From assembly GCA_031278315.1 (NCBI GenBank), contig JAITKS010000177.1, forward strand, positions 1 through 49,055: a DNA stretch of 49,055 nt, written 5' to 3'. Source of the stretch: Planctomycetaceae bacterium. Lineage in GTDB: Bacteria; Planctomycetota; Planctomycetia; Pirellulales; Thermoguttaceae. The notes below the pieces were generated by a model, which saw nothing but the letters and a program-made list of their open reading frames with translations, was not told the DNA's origin and ran no database searches. This document shows positions 25,594 through 35,081 of this stretch, in pieces. Position 1 is the stretch's first letter. Each line of letters opens with the position of its first letter. Made by a program: the position numbers and the translations under genes.

Positions 25594-28500
25594 TCAATTT
25601 AATCTTTTGTAGCCTGCTGCGGTTGTGGTTGGTAAAATTATTTCCATACCGGGTTTTAGATCGCGGGCTGATTTGAGTTTGTCAGAGTTGAATTTAATGA
25701 TTTCCCGCCATCGTGAAGTATCTTTTAGTTGATCTTGAGCAATTTTGAATACTGAATCTCCCTGTTTGACAATATATGACGTCCCAATTGATTGAGCCGG
25801 CGTTTGATTGACAACTTGTGTTGCAGGTTGAGTTACAGGTTGAGTTGCTGGATTGATATTAGGTTGTGCAGTTGAGATTAGTATTGATGATGTTGAATTA
25901 TTGTTGTTTAAGGGAGTGTATCTGTTATTTCGTGTGAGTACATGGTTGTAATTTGTTTTTAAGTAATCGGCTGTTGGTATTTCGATTTGTGTACCTTCGG
26001 CAGGAATCCACGCCGCGCCGCGATTACGATTATGAACCGCCAACGCCCGATACAACAAACCCGTTCCGTAATAATTATCGCAAATAGACATATACGTATC
26101 GCCTGATTTAACCGTGTACAATTCTGCGTTTTCAGGCGACCGTGTTATTTCACGATCAAGTTGTTCACGATAAACAGATGCTGTCGTTCCCGACGGTAAA
26201 ACGTTATCAGAATTGTGTATTTGAACAACCGCCGGTTTCAGGGGTAAAGGTGAACGGCGATAACTCGGATTACTTTCTGCAAGTTCAGCCGGCGCATTAT
26301 CTTGTAGTGCTGTCAACTCTTCTGACATAACATGCTTCGGCGAATTATCTGACTTCGTTATGTTTGACGGGAGCAGTGGAAATAATTCATTGGTTTGTTT
26401 ATCGTCTGTGTTTGATGGTACAGATGCAGGCATATTTTGTGTAACCGAATTTGTAATGGAGTTGGGCGGCGGATTATTTGTTTCATTAAATAATTTTGCC
26501 GGTGTACTTGGAATATTATTAGTTGACGTATCATTTGATTCGGTTGATTTATCGTTACGATTATTTATAGAGTTGTTATCGAATACCAATGTCGGCATAG
26601 TTGTAGTATTTGATGGAGAAGCGGCGGGCGAAGTTACGTTGTTTGCGGAACCGATAGTGTTACCGGAGCTAACAGAATTGCCTGTATTTGTAGAGTTCGG
26701 CGATATGATTGTATGTGTATTATTTTGCGCAACGGTAATTAATTTATCAGATTTTTCTGTCATTTGCGATTCGGTAGGAATGCGTAGAGTCGGCTCGGAA
26801 TTAGATGTTTCCGTGAATGAAATATTAGTAACGGGTGCAATGGAATCGGCTGTTGGAATTGACGGATTCGTTTCATTTGGTACGACTGTATGTAAATTTC
26901 GCATTGAGTTAGCATTTAGTGTTTCTGGTAATTCGATATTATTTGTAGCGGGACTTGGCGGAACGGGGTCAGTAAATTTAGGTTGAATTTTTTCTTCGGG
27001 GATTATTGGCAGTGAGTTATCATTTTTTGTAACAGAAATTGGTTGTTCCAAGTTAGTCGAAGTATCTCCAGAGATAGCATTGGATTCGGATTGATTTGGA
27101 TTCAATGTATGTTCTTGCGGCGGAACGCGAATAGCGGTATTCGTGTCGGTCAATATATTGGGTGTAGAATTGGCAACGTGTAAAGATTCCATTGGAGCAG
27201 ATGTTACTTTATTCAATTCTGATTCATTGGCAGTAGGATTTTTGTCTAATACTGACGTTGTTGAATTTGCTGAATTTATATCTTGAATAGCAAGACCTGA
27301 ATCAAACGGAGACGAGCGGGTAGAATTTGCCGGATTATTCGTTACAGAAATTGGACTATGATTTCCAACTGCAAGCGGAGCCATTTCAGTATTAGAATTA
27401 TTTACGTTTTCGGTGAATTTTGTGTCAGATTTTTGATCAGGTTCATTTTTATTTTCAATTTTATTTGTTGTGTTATTTGTTTGAGTGATTTCATTCGTAA
27501 CGGGTTGATTATTATTTTGTTTGGAATTTGTGTCAGTAATATTAGTATTATTTGTAGTATTATTTTTAGTATCATTGAGCAGAGCCGCAGAATCCGTGAG
27601 CGGATTCAAAGATGCAGAAGAGTTATTTTCAATTGCGGAATTATTTTTATTTTGTGTTGTAATATTGGTTGTTAAAGTTTCAGACGTTTCCGGTGTTTTC
27701 GACATTTCTGAATTTGTAGGCGGCAAACTTGGAAACGCTGAATTTATGTTTTGATCTGAAAACGGTGTCGGTGTTGGTGTCGGTGTCGGTGTTGGAGCAG
27801 ACGGCGTTGAATCAGACGTAAAAATATTTATCGAATCAGTTGAAGGATTTGCGGGAGGATTAGTCATTGGAAAGTCTGAAGCGAAAATATCTGTAGGGAG
27901 CGGAGGTTCTGCCGATTTTTTATCTAATGGTTGCAAGTCATTGACTTTTTTAGAGTTTAATTCGGTTGTGTCTGTTTGTTCTTTGTGGTTAGTTGAAGGC
28001 TGCGGTATGTTTGATGATTCTTTAGCAATGGCGGAATTAGGCAGATCGATAGAAGGTAAGACTGGTTGAGTTATTTTATTGTTTGTGTAATTTTTGTTTT
28101 CGGGATTAGTAGTAGATTGTTTGGCGGGAGTTGCGTTATTGGACAATTTGTGAGTTGAGTCTGATGAATTAAATGTAGGTGAATTAGTAGAATTGGATGT
28201 AGAATTTTTTGTATCTGATGATTTGTCTGCGGTTGAATTTGTGTTGTTGTTACTATTATTAGTTATTTGATTTTCTGGATCGTTTATTACTGCAGTTTCA
28301 ACTGGTTGCGGATAGAGTATTGATTTGATTCCAACATAACCAGCAACGAGAATCAACAAAGCCGCAGCGAGTACAGCGGATTTAATTAAAATATTTTGCC
28401 ATAATGATCCTTCGTAAATATCGTTATCGTCACCGAATCGATCTGACGGCAGCGTTGTTGTCAAAGGAGATGAATAAGAAGAATCAGACATCGAGCTAGG

Positions 28501-29097
28501 TTCAGAATCGAATGTTGAATTTGACTGATTTTTTGTAACGATATTTGAATGTGAATCGGATTTATTTTTATGTTGTTTTTTGATTGAATCAATATTTTTA
28601 TCGGTTTTAGGGTTATCGGTTGAATTTGTAGTTTCATTGTTTTCATTAGTTTCTTCGTCGAATTTGATGACAAGGTATGAAGAGATAAATTTGAAAAACT
28701 GTAACAAAAATTTCGTACCGGCAGACAATTTAGAAATTTTACCGAATACTGATTTACTACCGGCGTAAATATTCGATTTAATTTTTGTAACGATATTTAT
28801 TAAATTTTGTGTCAAATTTCTATTCTGATTTAGTTCAATTGAGTTTTCTTGATTAGTATTATTTGTAATAGAAATATTATTTATTAGAGCGGTTAATCCT
28901 TCATTATTGGAGTCATTATCGTTGTCGATATAATCTGAATTATTATCGGAGTACGATTGTGATGAAGTTTTTCCGTGAGATATAATTTCGGCACGTGGAG
29001 GTAATGGTAACGGCTCTGCTGACATGGGTTTATTATCAGAATTGGTTACGGAAATTTCCGAAACAATCTCGGACTTAAAATGATTTTTAGCTGACAT
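25594..29097 (-). CDS. Giant bitopic Ser/Thr/Asn/Pro-rich protein with two C-terminal LysM domains
   Basis: 1167 aa with a TM near aa 236-258 (nt ~28320-28392) and about 730 aa of low-complexity linker including (PT)5. LysM repeats YTVKSGDTYMSI... (nt 25975-26118) and YIVKQGDSVFKI... (nt 25630-25776). Confidence 0.75.
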   Translation of the reverse strand: MSAKNHFKSEIVSEISVTNSDNKPMSAEPLPLPPRAEIISHGKTSSQSYSDNNSDYIDNDNDSNNEGLTALINNISITNNTNQENSIELNQNRNLTQNLINIVTKIKSNIYAGSKSVFGKISKLSAGTKFLLQFFKFISSYLVIKFDEETNENNETTNSTDNPKTDKNIDSIKKQHKNKSDSHSNIVTKNQSNSTFDSEPSSMSDSSYSSPLTTTLPSDRFGDDNDIYEGSLWQNILIKSAVLAAALLILVAGYVGIKSILYPQPVETAVINDPENQITNNSNNNTNSTADKSSDTKNSTSNSTNSPTFNSSDSTHKLSNNATPAKQSTTNPENKNYTNNKITQPVLPSIDLPNSAIAKESSNIPQPSTNHKEQTDTTELNSKKVNDLQPLDKKSAEPPLPTDIFASDFPMTNPPANPSTDSINIFTSDSTPSAPTPTPTPTPTPFSDQNINSAFPSLPPTNSEMSKTPETSETLTTNITTQNKNNSAIENNSSASLNPLTDSAALLNDTKNNTTNNTNITDTNSKQNNNQPVTNEITQTNNTTNKIENKNEPDQKSDTKFTENVNNSNTEMAPLAVGNHSPISVTNNPANSTRSSPFDSGLAIQDINSANSTTSVLDKNPTANESELNKVTSAPMESLHVANSTPNILTDTNTAIRVPPQEHTLNPNQSESNAISGDTSTNLEQPISVTKNDNSLPIIPEEKIQPKFTDPVPPSPATNNIELPETLNANSMRNLHTVVPNETNPSIPTADSIAPVTNISFTETSNSEPTLRIPTESQMTEKSDKLITVAQNNTHTIISPNSTNTGNSVSSGNTIGSANNVTSPAASPSNTTTMPTLVFDNNSINNRNDKSTESNDTSTNNIPSTPAKLFNETNNPPPNSITNSVTQNMPASVPSNTDDKQTNELFPLLPSNITKSDNSPKHVMSEELTALQDNAPAELAESNPSYRRSPLPLKPAVVQIHNSDNVLPSGTTASVYREQLDREITRSPENAELYTVKSGDTYMSICDNYYGTGLLYRALAVHNRNRGAAWIPAEGTQIEIPTADYLKTNYNHVLTRNNRYTPLNNNNSTSSILISTAQPNINPATQPVTQPATQVVNQTPAQSIGTSYIVKQGDSVFKIAQDQLKDTSRWREIIKFNSDKLKSARDLKPGMEIILPTTTAAGYKRLN

Positions 29098-29220
29098 AAT
29101 TCTTATAATTTTTTTAATTATTTTTAAGTTGTATGCACATCAAATTAATTTTTATTGACATTTTTTATTGTCATTTCTGGACAATTATTTTTGTGCGTTT
29201 GTTATTACGAAAAAGTTCAC

Positions 29221-29272
29221 AAATATTACATTCAAATATTACATTGAATTGTTACATTGAATTGTTACATAA
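29221..29272. repeat. 13-bp tandem repeat x4
   Basis: AAATATTACATTC AAATATTACATTG AATTGTTACATTG AATTGTTACATAA. Lies between the rsmH stop (29301) and the LysM gene start (29097). Confidence 0.65.
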
Positions 29273-29300
29273 ATTTATTCTGTGTTTTTATTTTGATGTT

Positions 29301-30284
29301 TTATTCTGAAATTAGGGCGGCGCATCTTAGTTTTGCGCTTCTTGATCTTGGATTTTGTTTTAGTTCATTTTGTGATGATATAATTGGTTTTTTGGTGATA
29401 ATTTTCCATAGTAGATTATTTTTGAATGTATTTTTTACGATACGATCTTCGAGAGCGTGGAAGCTGATAACGATAATTTTTCCGTCTTTTTTTAATATTT
29501 TTGGGGCGGTATTTAGTATAGTTTTTAGTGATTCGAGTTCTTTATTTACGGCGATTCTCAAGGCTTGAAATGTTTTGGTTGCCGGGTCGATTATTATTGA
29601 ACGTGAATTGTAGAATCTTGATTGATTTGGAATTTTTTTGGGTACGCAATTTCGGACGATTTCAGCGAGTTCGTTTGATGTTTCGATTTTTTTAATTTTT
29701 CGTTTAGTGACGATTTCACGTGCTATTCGGCGTGCGTATTTTTCGTCGCCGTATTGAAAAAAAATTAGTGCGAGGTCTTCTTCTTTAAGCCGATTTATGA
29801 GTACGTGAGCTGGTTCGCCTTCGGTCGTATCGAATCTCAAATCGAGTTGACCGTTTGAGTTAAAACTAAAACCGCGTTCATTATCGATTAGTTGATCGCT
29901 TGACAATCCCAAGTCGAGTAGGATTCCATTAACTTTTTCGATACCGAGCATTTTTAGTGCGTCTTGTGTGTAGGTATAATTTGCGTGGACGAGTCGAATT
30001 GATCCTTCGGGGTGAATGAGTGAGTTTGAATTTGGGTTTGAATTATTGTTACAAAAAATCTTTTTCAATCGTGATTCAGTATGGTTTATTGCGTTGTGAT
30101 CGCTATCGATTCCGATGATTGTTCCTTTTGTTTGAATTTTTTTGTAGATAGCTTCAGTGTGACCTCCGCCGCCTAGTGTGCAATCAACATAAATTCCGCC
30201 TGTAACTGGATTGAGTAAATTGATTATTTCGTCAACCATTATTGGAATGTGAATAGTGTTATTTGAAAAAAAATCAAAATTCAT
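29301..30284 (-). CDS. rsmH: 16S rRNA (cytosine1402-N4)-methyltransferase
   Basis: DCTLGGGGH SAM-binding motif, LDLGLSSDQL and FHALEDRIVK blocks typical of RsmH/MraW. Confidence 0.9.
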   Translation of the reverse strand: MNFDFFSNNTIHIPIMVDEIINLLNPVTGGIYVDCTLGGGGHTEAIYKKIQTKGTIIGIDSDHNAINHTESRLKKIFCNNNSNPNSNSLIHPEGSIRLVHANYTYTQDALKMLGIEKVNGILLDLGLSSDQLIDNERGFSFNSNGQLDLRFDTTEGEPAHVLINRLKEEDLALIFFQYGDEKYARRIAREIVTKRKIKKIETSNELAEIVRNCVPKKIPNQSRFYNSRSIIIDPATKTFQALRIAVNKELESLKTILNTAPKILKKDGKIIVISFHALEDRIVKNTFKNNLLWKIITKKPIISSQNELKQNPRSRSAKLRCAALISE

Positions 30285-30370
30285 TGTAACAATTTGTAGG
30301 GTTAAAACTAACTAATGTTAAATAGTTTGTGAATAAAATTTATTCTGTAAACTTATGGAACCGCATGTAA

Positions 30371-30498
30371 ACTATACGTACATATATTATGAATTTTGTT
30401 GGGGTGAGGGTGTAATTGTATCTTTGAAAAATTCTGTTTTTTTTCAATAGTTAAACAAGCGGTTTGAAATAAAAAAATTCAAGAAAGAACTGTTTAAA
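30371..30498 (-). repeat. Family-B box element copy
   Basis: The + strand reads ACTATACGTACATATATTATGAATTTTGT (30371-30399). The far module AAGCGGTTTGAAATAAAAAAATTCAAGAAAGAACTGTTTAAA ends at ~30498. Lies ~90 nt upstream of the rsmH start. Confidence 0.55.
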
Positions 30499-30607
30499 TC
30501 TTTAGAGCGAATAATAACAATTTCGCAATTTTAAGAAAAGACCAATTTTAAACTGATTTACACTTTAAAAATTAGTGTAACTGTTCACATCAATTTTTAT
30601 TTTTTTT

Positions 30608-30727
30608 GAAATATATCAGCAGAATTTTTTTCAATTTTTTTGGATTGTGAATTTTACAACTAACCTTATTTACAACCTTATTTTTCTGAACAAAACAACC
30701 TTTGAAAAATTTTCACTGAAATATTAC
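30608..30727 (+). mobile_element. MITE-like element, family A (120 bp)
   Basis: GAAATATATCAGCAGAAT (30608-30625) and ATTTTCACTGAAATATTAC (30709-30727). The interior (AACCTTATTT repeats) is homologous to 36403-36568 in the opposite orientation. Confidence 0.6.
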
Positions 30728-30735
30728 CCTTGTTT

Positions 30736-32139
30736 TTATATTAGGTTTTCTATTTCATTGCAGAGATCGTTTGCTCTTTTTTCGTCGGGTGCTTCGGCGA
30801 AAATTCTTATTATCGATTCAGTGTTGCTGCCCCTTAACAAAACCCATGCATCACCATGATCTATCCTCAAACCATCAAGTCTGTCACATGGTAAATTCTT
30901 AAACACATCTGCAACTTTATCAAGCAATTGAGGAACCTTCGATAACTCAATTTCTGCCTTTCGCTTGACCAACGAATATTGCGGTAATGAATCCGCTATC
31001 TCTGAAATTTTCTTATCACTCGCCGCCATCGCATCAAGTACTTGAACCATCCCAACAAAACTATCTCGAACCAATCCTACAGACGGATCAATCGGTCCGC
31101 CGTTACCCTCGCCGCCAAAAATTGCGTCTGTTTTAAGCATCAAATCAACCACATTGGCTTCGCCGACTGCACTGCGAAAAATCGGAACACCATATCGTTT
31201 CGCTATATCTTCATTGACTCGACTCGTTGCACAATTAATAACTATAGCTCCTTTCTTTCGTTTAAATAAATGTTTCGATCCGCCAGATGAATCAATATCT
31301 GTTCCTAATTTCAATTCATTATTTGCAACTCGTAAAATATGTTCCAGACTAATCGCCAGCGTCAATTCTTCGCCGATATAACGTCCTGTTTCATCGACAA
31401 TTGCAACTCGATCTGCATCCGGGTCTTGACAAAATGCGACATCAAAATGTCCGCTTTTAGCTACGTCGCAAATTTGAGTCAGATTTTCACTCGTCGGTTC
31501 TGGTACATGTAAAAAATGTCCTGTCGGTTCTTCGCCGACTATTGTTACATTGCACTCTAACTCATCAAATAACCACGCTCCCAGCAATGCACCTACACCA
31601 TGATTGGAATCAAGCAAGACACGAAATTTACGATCCGCTATCGCATTCAGATTTATCGTTTCAATAATTGCTTTTTGATGATCCGTAATTGTATTTTTAC
31701 ACACAAGACGCTTACCAATAGAATCAAAATTGACCCAATTTAATTTTTTCTCGTTATACCTCTTTAATACATTTTCCCCGATGTCTTTCGGAATAACTCT
31801 GCCTTCAGACGAAAATAATTTCATCCCGTTAAATTCACCCGGATTATGCGAAGCTGTAATTTGAATACCGCCTGCGGCAGAGAGCTGCCGTACTAAAATT
31901 CCTGTTGTCGGAGTTGCTGTTATACCAGCGTCAAAAGTGTTACGTCCTACCGCATTCAACGCCGCATGAATTACATCCGCAAGCATCGCTCCTGAAGCTC
32001 GGCTGTCACGCGTTATAACTATTCCGCCCGGCGGAAGTATTCCCGCAAACGCCGCCGCATAACGCATTGCAACTTCAGGAGTTAATGTCTCGCCAACTAA
32101 ACCGCGCAAACCTGAAACACTTATTATTAAATCAGACAT
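30736..32139 (-). CDS. Phosphohexomutase (phosphomannomutase/phosphoglucomutase/GlmM family)
   Basis: Active-site ITASHNPGEFNG, metal site FCQDPDADR, sugar-binding loop GGEGNGG; 467 aa. Confidence 0.85.
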   Translation of the reverse strand: MSDLIISVSGLRGLVGETLTPEVAMRYAAAFAGILPPGGIVITRDSRASGAMLADVIHAALNAVGRNTFDAGITATPTTGILVRQLSAAGGIQITASHNPGEFNGMKLFSSEGRVIPKDIGENVLKRYNEKKLNWVNFDSIGKRLVCKNTITDHQKAIIETINLNAIADRKFRVLLDSNHGVGALLGAWLFDELECNVTIVGEEPTGHFLHVPEPTSENLTQICDVAKSGHFDVAFCQDPDADRVAIVDETGRYIGEELTLAISLEHILRVANNELKLGTDIDSSGGSKHLFKRKKGAIVINCATSRVNEDIAKRYGVPIFRSAVGEANVVDLMLKTDAIFGGEGNGGPIDPSVGLVRDSFVGMVQVLDAMAASDKKISEIADSLPQYSLVKRKAEIELSKVPQLLDKVADVFKNLPCDRLDGLRIDHGDAWVLLRGSNTESIIRIFAEAPDEKRANDLCNEIENLI

Positions 32140-32175
32140 AATATTTTTCGTTACAAAAATTAAAAAATAAAAAAT

Positions 32176-32273
32176 TGTAATATATCAGCGGAATTTCTCA
32201 AAGGTTTTAAGTTAGTTTTAAAATTCATAATCCAAAAAAAATTGCAAAACAAAAAATCAACTGATATATTACA
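32176..32273. mobile_element. MITE-like element, family A (98 bp)
   Basis: TGTAATATATCAGCGGAAT (32176-32194) and AATCAACTGATATATTACA (32255-32273). Flanked on both sides by A-runs. Confidence 0.65.
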
Positions 32274-32341
32274 AAAAATTAAACTTTATTCTCTAAATTT
32301 TATTCTCGATGAAATTTGTTATTTCGGCAGTTGACAAAAAA

Positions 32342-32656
32342 CTAATTATCAGAAGAGTCTAATGGTTCGATGTTATTTAGTTCTTGATAATGTGTTATTG
32401 TTTTTTCAGTGTCGAGTAGGAATGCAAAGGCAAGACAAAATATTATTGCAAGTAATGACATAAACCATAAAAGTCCCATTGTCAAAATTATCCAGCCGAG
32501 TATTTTCGTTGTAATAATGTCACCTGTACTCCAAAATAAACATAGAAATACAAATACAAAAAATATACCGCACGGAACCAATACCGCCGGAAAAAGAGAA
32601 TAACTTATAACACGCCGAAAATTCTCCGCTGATATAAAATTTTTGTTTATTCTCAT
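32342..32656 (-). CDS. Small multi-pass membrane protein, unknown function
   Basis: 104-aa ORF with three hydrophobic helices. No recognisable motif; coding status inferred from length and hydrophobicity pattern only. Confidence 0.4.
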   Translation of the reverse strand: MRINKNFISAENFRRVISYSLFPAVLVPCGIFFVFVFLCLFWSTGDIITTKILGWIILTMGLLWFMSLLAIIFCLAFAFLLDTEKTITHYQELNNIEPLDSSDN

Positions 32657-32812
32657 TTGATTTGTATTTTCAAAAATTTGTAATTTTTATGGAATTTGAA
32701 TTAAAGATTCAATGATTCAAAATGTTTCAAAATTAAAATAACCAGAAACACAAGAAATACTGATAACACATGAATCGATAACTTGTTACAAACACTGTTT
32801 ATTTTATATTTA

Positions 32813-33160
32813 TTAACCCGGCGGCCAACTCATAAACCGGCCTCCGAGTAAATGAAAATGTAAATGATAAACAGTCTGACCGCCGTTGTTACCGCAATTT
32901 GTAACAAGTCTGTATCCGTCAGACAATTTGAATTTCTCAACAAGATGCGGCAACACTACCGTATAAATATGTCCGAGTAATGCTGTATCGTCATCTTTAA
33001 GATGATTTGTAGATTCAATTTCTTTTTTGGGTATGATCAAAATATGTACCGGTGCTTGCGGATTAACATCCTTAAACGCTAGACTAATTTCGTCCTCATA
33101 CACGATGTCTGATGGAATTTCTCGATCTATAATTTTTTTGAAAATAGTTTTTTCTGACAT
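32813..33160 (-). CDS. HIT-family (HINT-like) nucleotide hydrolase
   Basis: Histidine triad HLHFHLLGG; 115 aa, a typical HINT size. Confidence 0.85.
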   Translation of the reverse strand: MSEKTIFKKIIDREIPSDIVYEDEISLAFKDVNPQAPVHILIIPKKEIESTNHLKDDDTALLGHIYTVVLPHLVEKFKLSDGYRLVTNCGNNGGQTVYHLHFHLLGGRFMSWPPG

Positions 33161-33253
33161 GATTTTTAATCGGTTTAAAAAATTCTAAAGTTAAGTTTTT
33201 AAAGTTAAATTTTAGTTTTTCGAGATAAAAAAATAATCTTCAAAAAATAAACA

Positions 33254-33386
33254 TTTATAAGTATCGTACAATGAATTTCGGCGATACAAAGTTGTATTAA
33301 GTAAAATCTGCTTTCCAATATTTAAGCAAGCAACTCGAACCGAAAATTAAAAAAATTAAAAAAAATTAAAATGAGAACAGTTTAAA
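33254..33386 (-). repeat. Family-B box element copy
   Basis: The + strand reads TTTATAAGTATCGTACAATGAATTTCGGCGATACAAAG ... CTGCTTTCCAAT ... CAACTCGAACCGAAAATT ... ATGAGAACAGTTTAAA. It aligns by eye with the reverse complement of 41484-41596. Confidence 0.65.
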
Positions 33387-33633
33387 AAATTAACAAATAT
33401 CTTTTGTTCTTTTTGTTATAATTAGTTTGTCTTGTATTCTTAAAAAAATTTATAAACTGTTTTCATTTTTTAATTCTGTAACTCTCGCAGACTTATTATT
33501 TTATTGTTATTTGCAATAGCTGCTGTTGATTTGTTTTAGCAGTTTGATACAATTTTCACCTTACATAATTGATCGGCAAATTACATGTTCAACTTATAAT
33601 TGATTTATTGTAACGAAAATTAAAACGTAAACA

Positions 33634-33658
33634 TTGAGCCGTAATCGGCTCAAGGAGG
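33634..33658 (+). promoter_or_regulatory. 5' leader hairpin overlapping the Shine-Dalgarno of the TlpA-like gene
   Basis: TTGAGCCG-TAAT-CGGCTCAA, a perfect 8-bp stem (33634-33653). Its 3' arm overlaps AAGGAGG (33652-33658), which lies 11 nt before ATG 33670. Confidence 0.4.
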
Positions 33659-33669
33659 TAACATTTTAC

Positions 33670-34992
33670 ATGAAAAATATAGTAATTCAACTTACCCTAA
33701 TTTTATTTTCTGCTTGTTTCATATTATTCGATTTTACACAAATAGTTTTTTCTGAAACAAGAGTTCTAAACGAACAATATTTGATAGAACTTCGTGATGT
33801 AATTATCAAACGTACTCAACCTGAAGTGTTTAGTAAACTCGGCGAAAAACCTATTCCGAAAAAAATTATTAACGATTCTGAGTTAGTTGTAAAAGCGTCA
33901 AATTTATTACTTGAACCCGACGTGTTGGAAAAAAATGATCCTGAACACAAAATTATTCCAGGTATATCTTGGATTCTGAAACGCAGGGTGTTGGCGTTGG
34001 TGTATCTCTCATACGACAGTGATAATGTTGAGAAATTTTTTCCGATTTTAGCAAATGAAATTTCTATACTCGACGAGCAAGAAGATTGTACGCAAATAAC
34101 ACGATTCGCTGAAGAACACACGTTGCGAATTGCATCGGCACTGATTATTCGTAACGATAAAAAAATTAAAATTGATCCTGAATCTCTTGCCGAATGGTAT
34201 GTTGATTATTGTGAACGTTATCCAGGACGTAATTCGGAACAACTGATAATCCGGTTTCTTGATATGGTCAAGGAATTAAACGGCAATAGTACAAGCGACA
34301 AGATTATGTCTGCATGTGCTGATAAGTTTATGAAAATTCTAATGCACTCGACTGATCCGCAAATTGTCGAAAGGAGCAAAAAACTGGAAGCTGCGGCAAG
34401 ATGGTATAACTTGCCCGGAAACAAAATGATATTAACAGGAACAGATATTAACGGTCACATTTTCGATATAGAAAATCTAAAAGGTAAAGTTGTTTTAGTA
34501 GAATTTTGGGGAACATGGTGCATAGCATGCGTAAAAGATTTTCCTACTTTGACAGGTTATTATGAAGATTTCAAAAATAGAGGATTCGAAATCGTAAGCG
34601 TAAATACAGGCGTAAAAAACGACACTGAAACATTTGTTAAAAATTTCGTCCAAAAAACAAAATTTGCTGAAGACAAAACAATAACTTGGCAAATTGTACT
34701 CGACGGACTAAAACCAAATGCAAAAGATAGAATCACTACTTACTACGGAATTGAAACTTTACCGCAATCTGTTTTAATCGGAATGGACGGAAAAGTAATC
34801 ACAATAAATCCGCCGAAAGATTCCTTGAAAGAACAAATCTTAAAAGCTTTGATGCCGCCGATAGACCCCGAAAAATTAACCCCCGAACAAAAAAAATTAT
34901 GGGAACAAAAACAAAAACATGACGCCGAAGAATTAGAAGAAACAAAAAAATTCTCCGAAAGCATAAAACTACCCAACGAAAAAAATGATTGA
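33670..34992 (+). CDS. TlpA-like membrane-anchored thioredoxin-fold protein
   Basis: ATG 33670 is preceded by AAGGAGG (33652-33658). N-terminal anchor helix and C-terminal thioredoxin fold with VLVEFWGTWCIAC (CxxC). The track start at 33634 is rejected in favour of the SD-linked ATG. Confidence 0.72.
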   Translation: MKNIVIQLTLILFSACFILFDFTQIVFSETRVLNEQYLIELRDVIIKRTQPEVFSKLGEKPIPKKIINDSELVVKASNLLLEPDVLEKNDPEHKIIPGISWILKRRVLALVYLSYDSDNVEKFFPILANEISILDEQEDCTQITRFAEEHTLRIASALIIRNDKKIKIDPESLAEWYVDYCERYPGRNSEQLIIRFLDMVKELNGNSTSDKIMSACADKFMKILMHSTDPQIVERSKKLEAAARWYNLPGNKMILTGTDINGHIFDIENLKGKVVLVEFWGTWCIACVKDFPTLTGYYEDFKNRGFEIVSVNTGVKNDTETFVKNFVQKTKFAEDKTITWQIVLDGLKPNAKDRITTYYGIETLPQSVLIGMDGKVITINPPKDSLKEQILKALMPPIDPEKLTPEQKKLWEQKQKHDAEELEETKKFSESIKLPNEKND

Positions 34993-35081
34993 ACTCATAA
35001 TTTTTAATATTGCCGATTGCAAAATTTCACGGAAAATTCAATTTTCTATTATCCATTTAATTCAATAATTCTAATTCTACT

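Noticed and set aside
26360-26986. 208-aa ORF antisense to the LysM gene, plus other antisense ORFs at 27358-27754 and 28580-28768
   Set aside because: These are mirror-image ORFs produced by the low-complexity S/T/N/P-rich coding strand. They have no start context or motifs and lie entirely inside a better-supported CDS.
29257-29568. 103-aa ORF on the + strand overlapping the rsmH 3' region
   Set aside because: It is antisense to a CDS with strong RsmH motifs, is Phe/Ile-rich as expected from the AT-rich reverse frame, and has no independent support.
30285-30735. A missing mraZ gene upstream of rsmH, possibly as a pseudogene
   Set aside because: No ORF fragment with MraZ-like sequence is visible in any frame. 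The spacer is explained by family-B (30371-30498) and family-A (30608-30727) copies.
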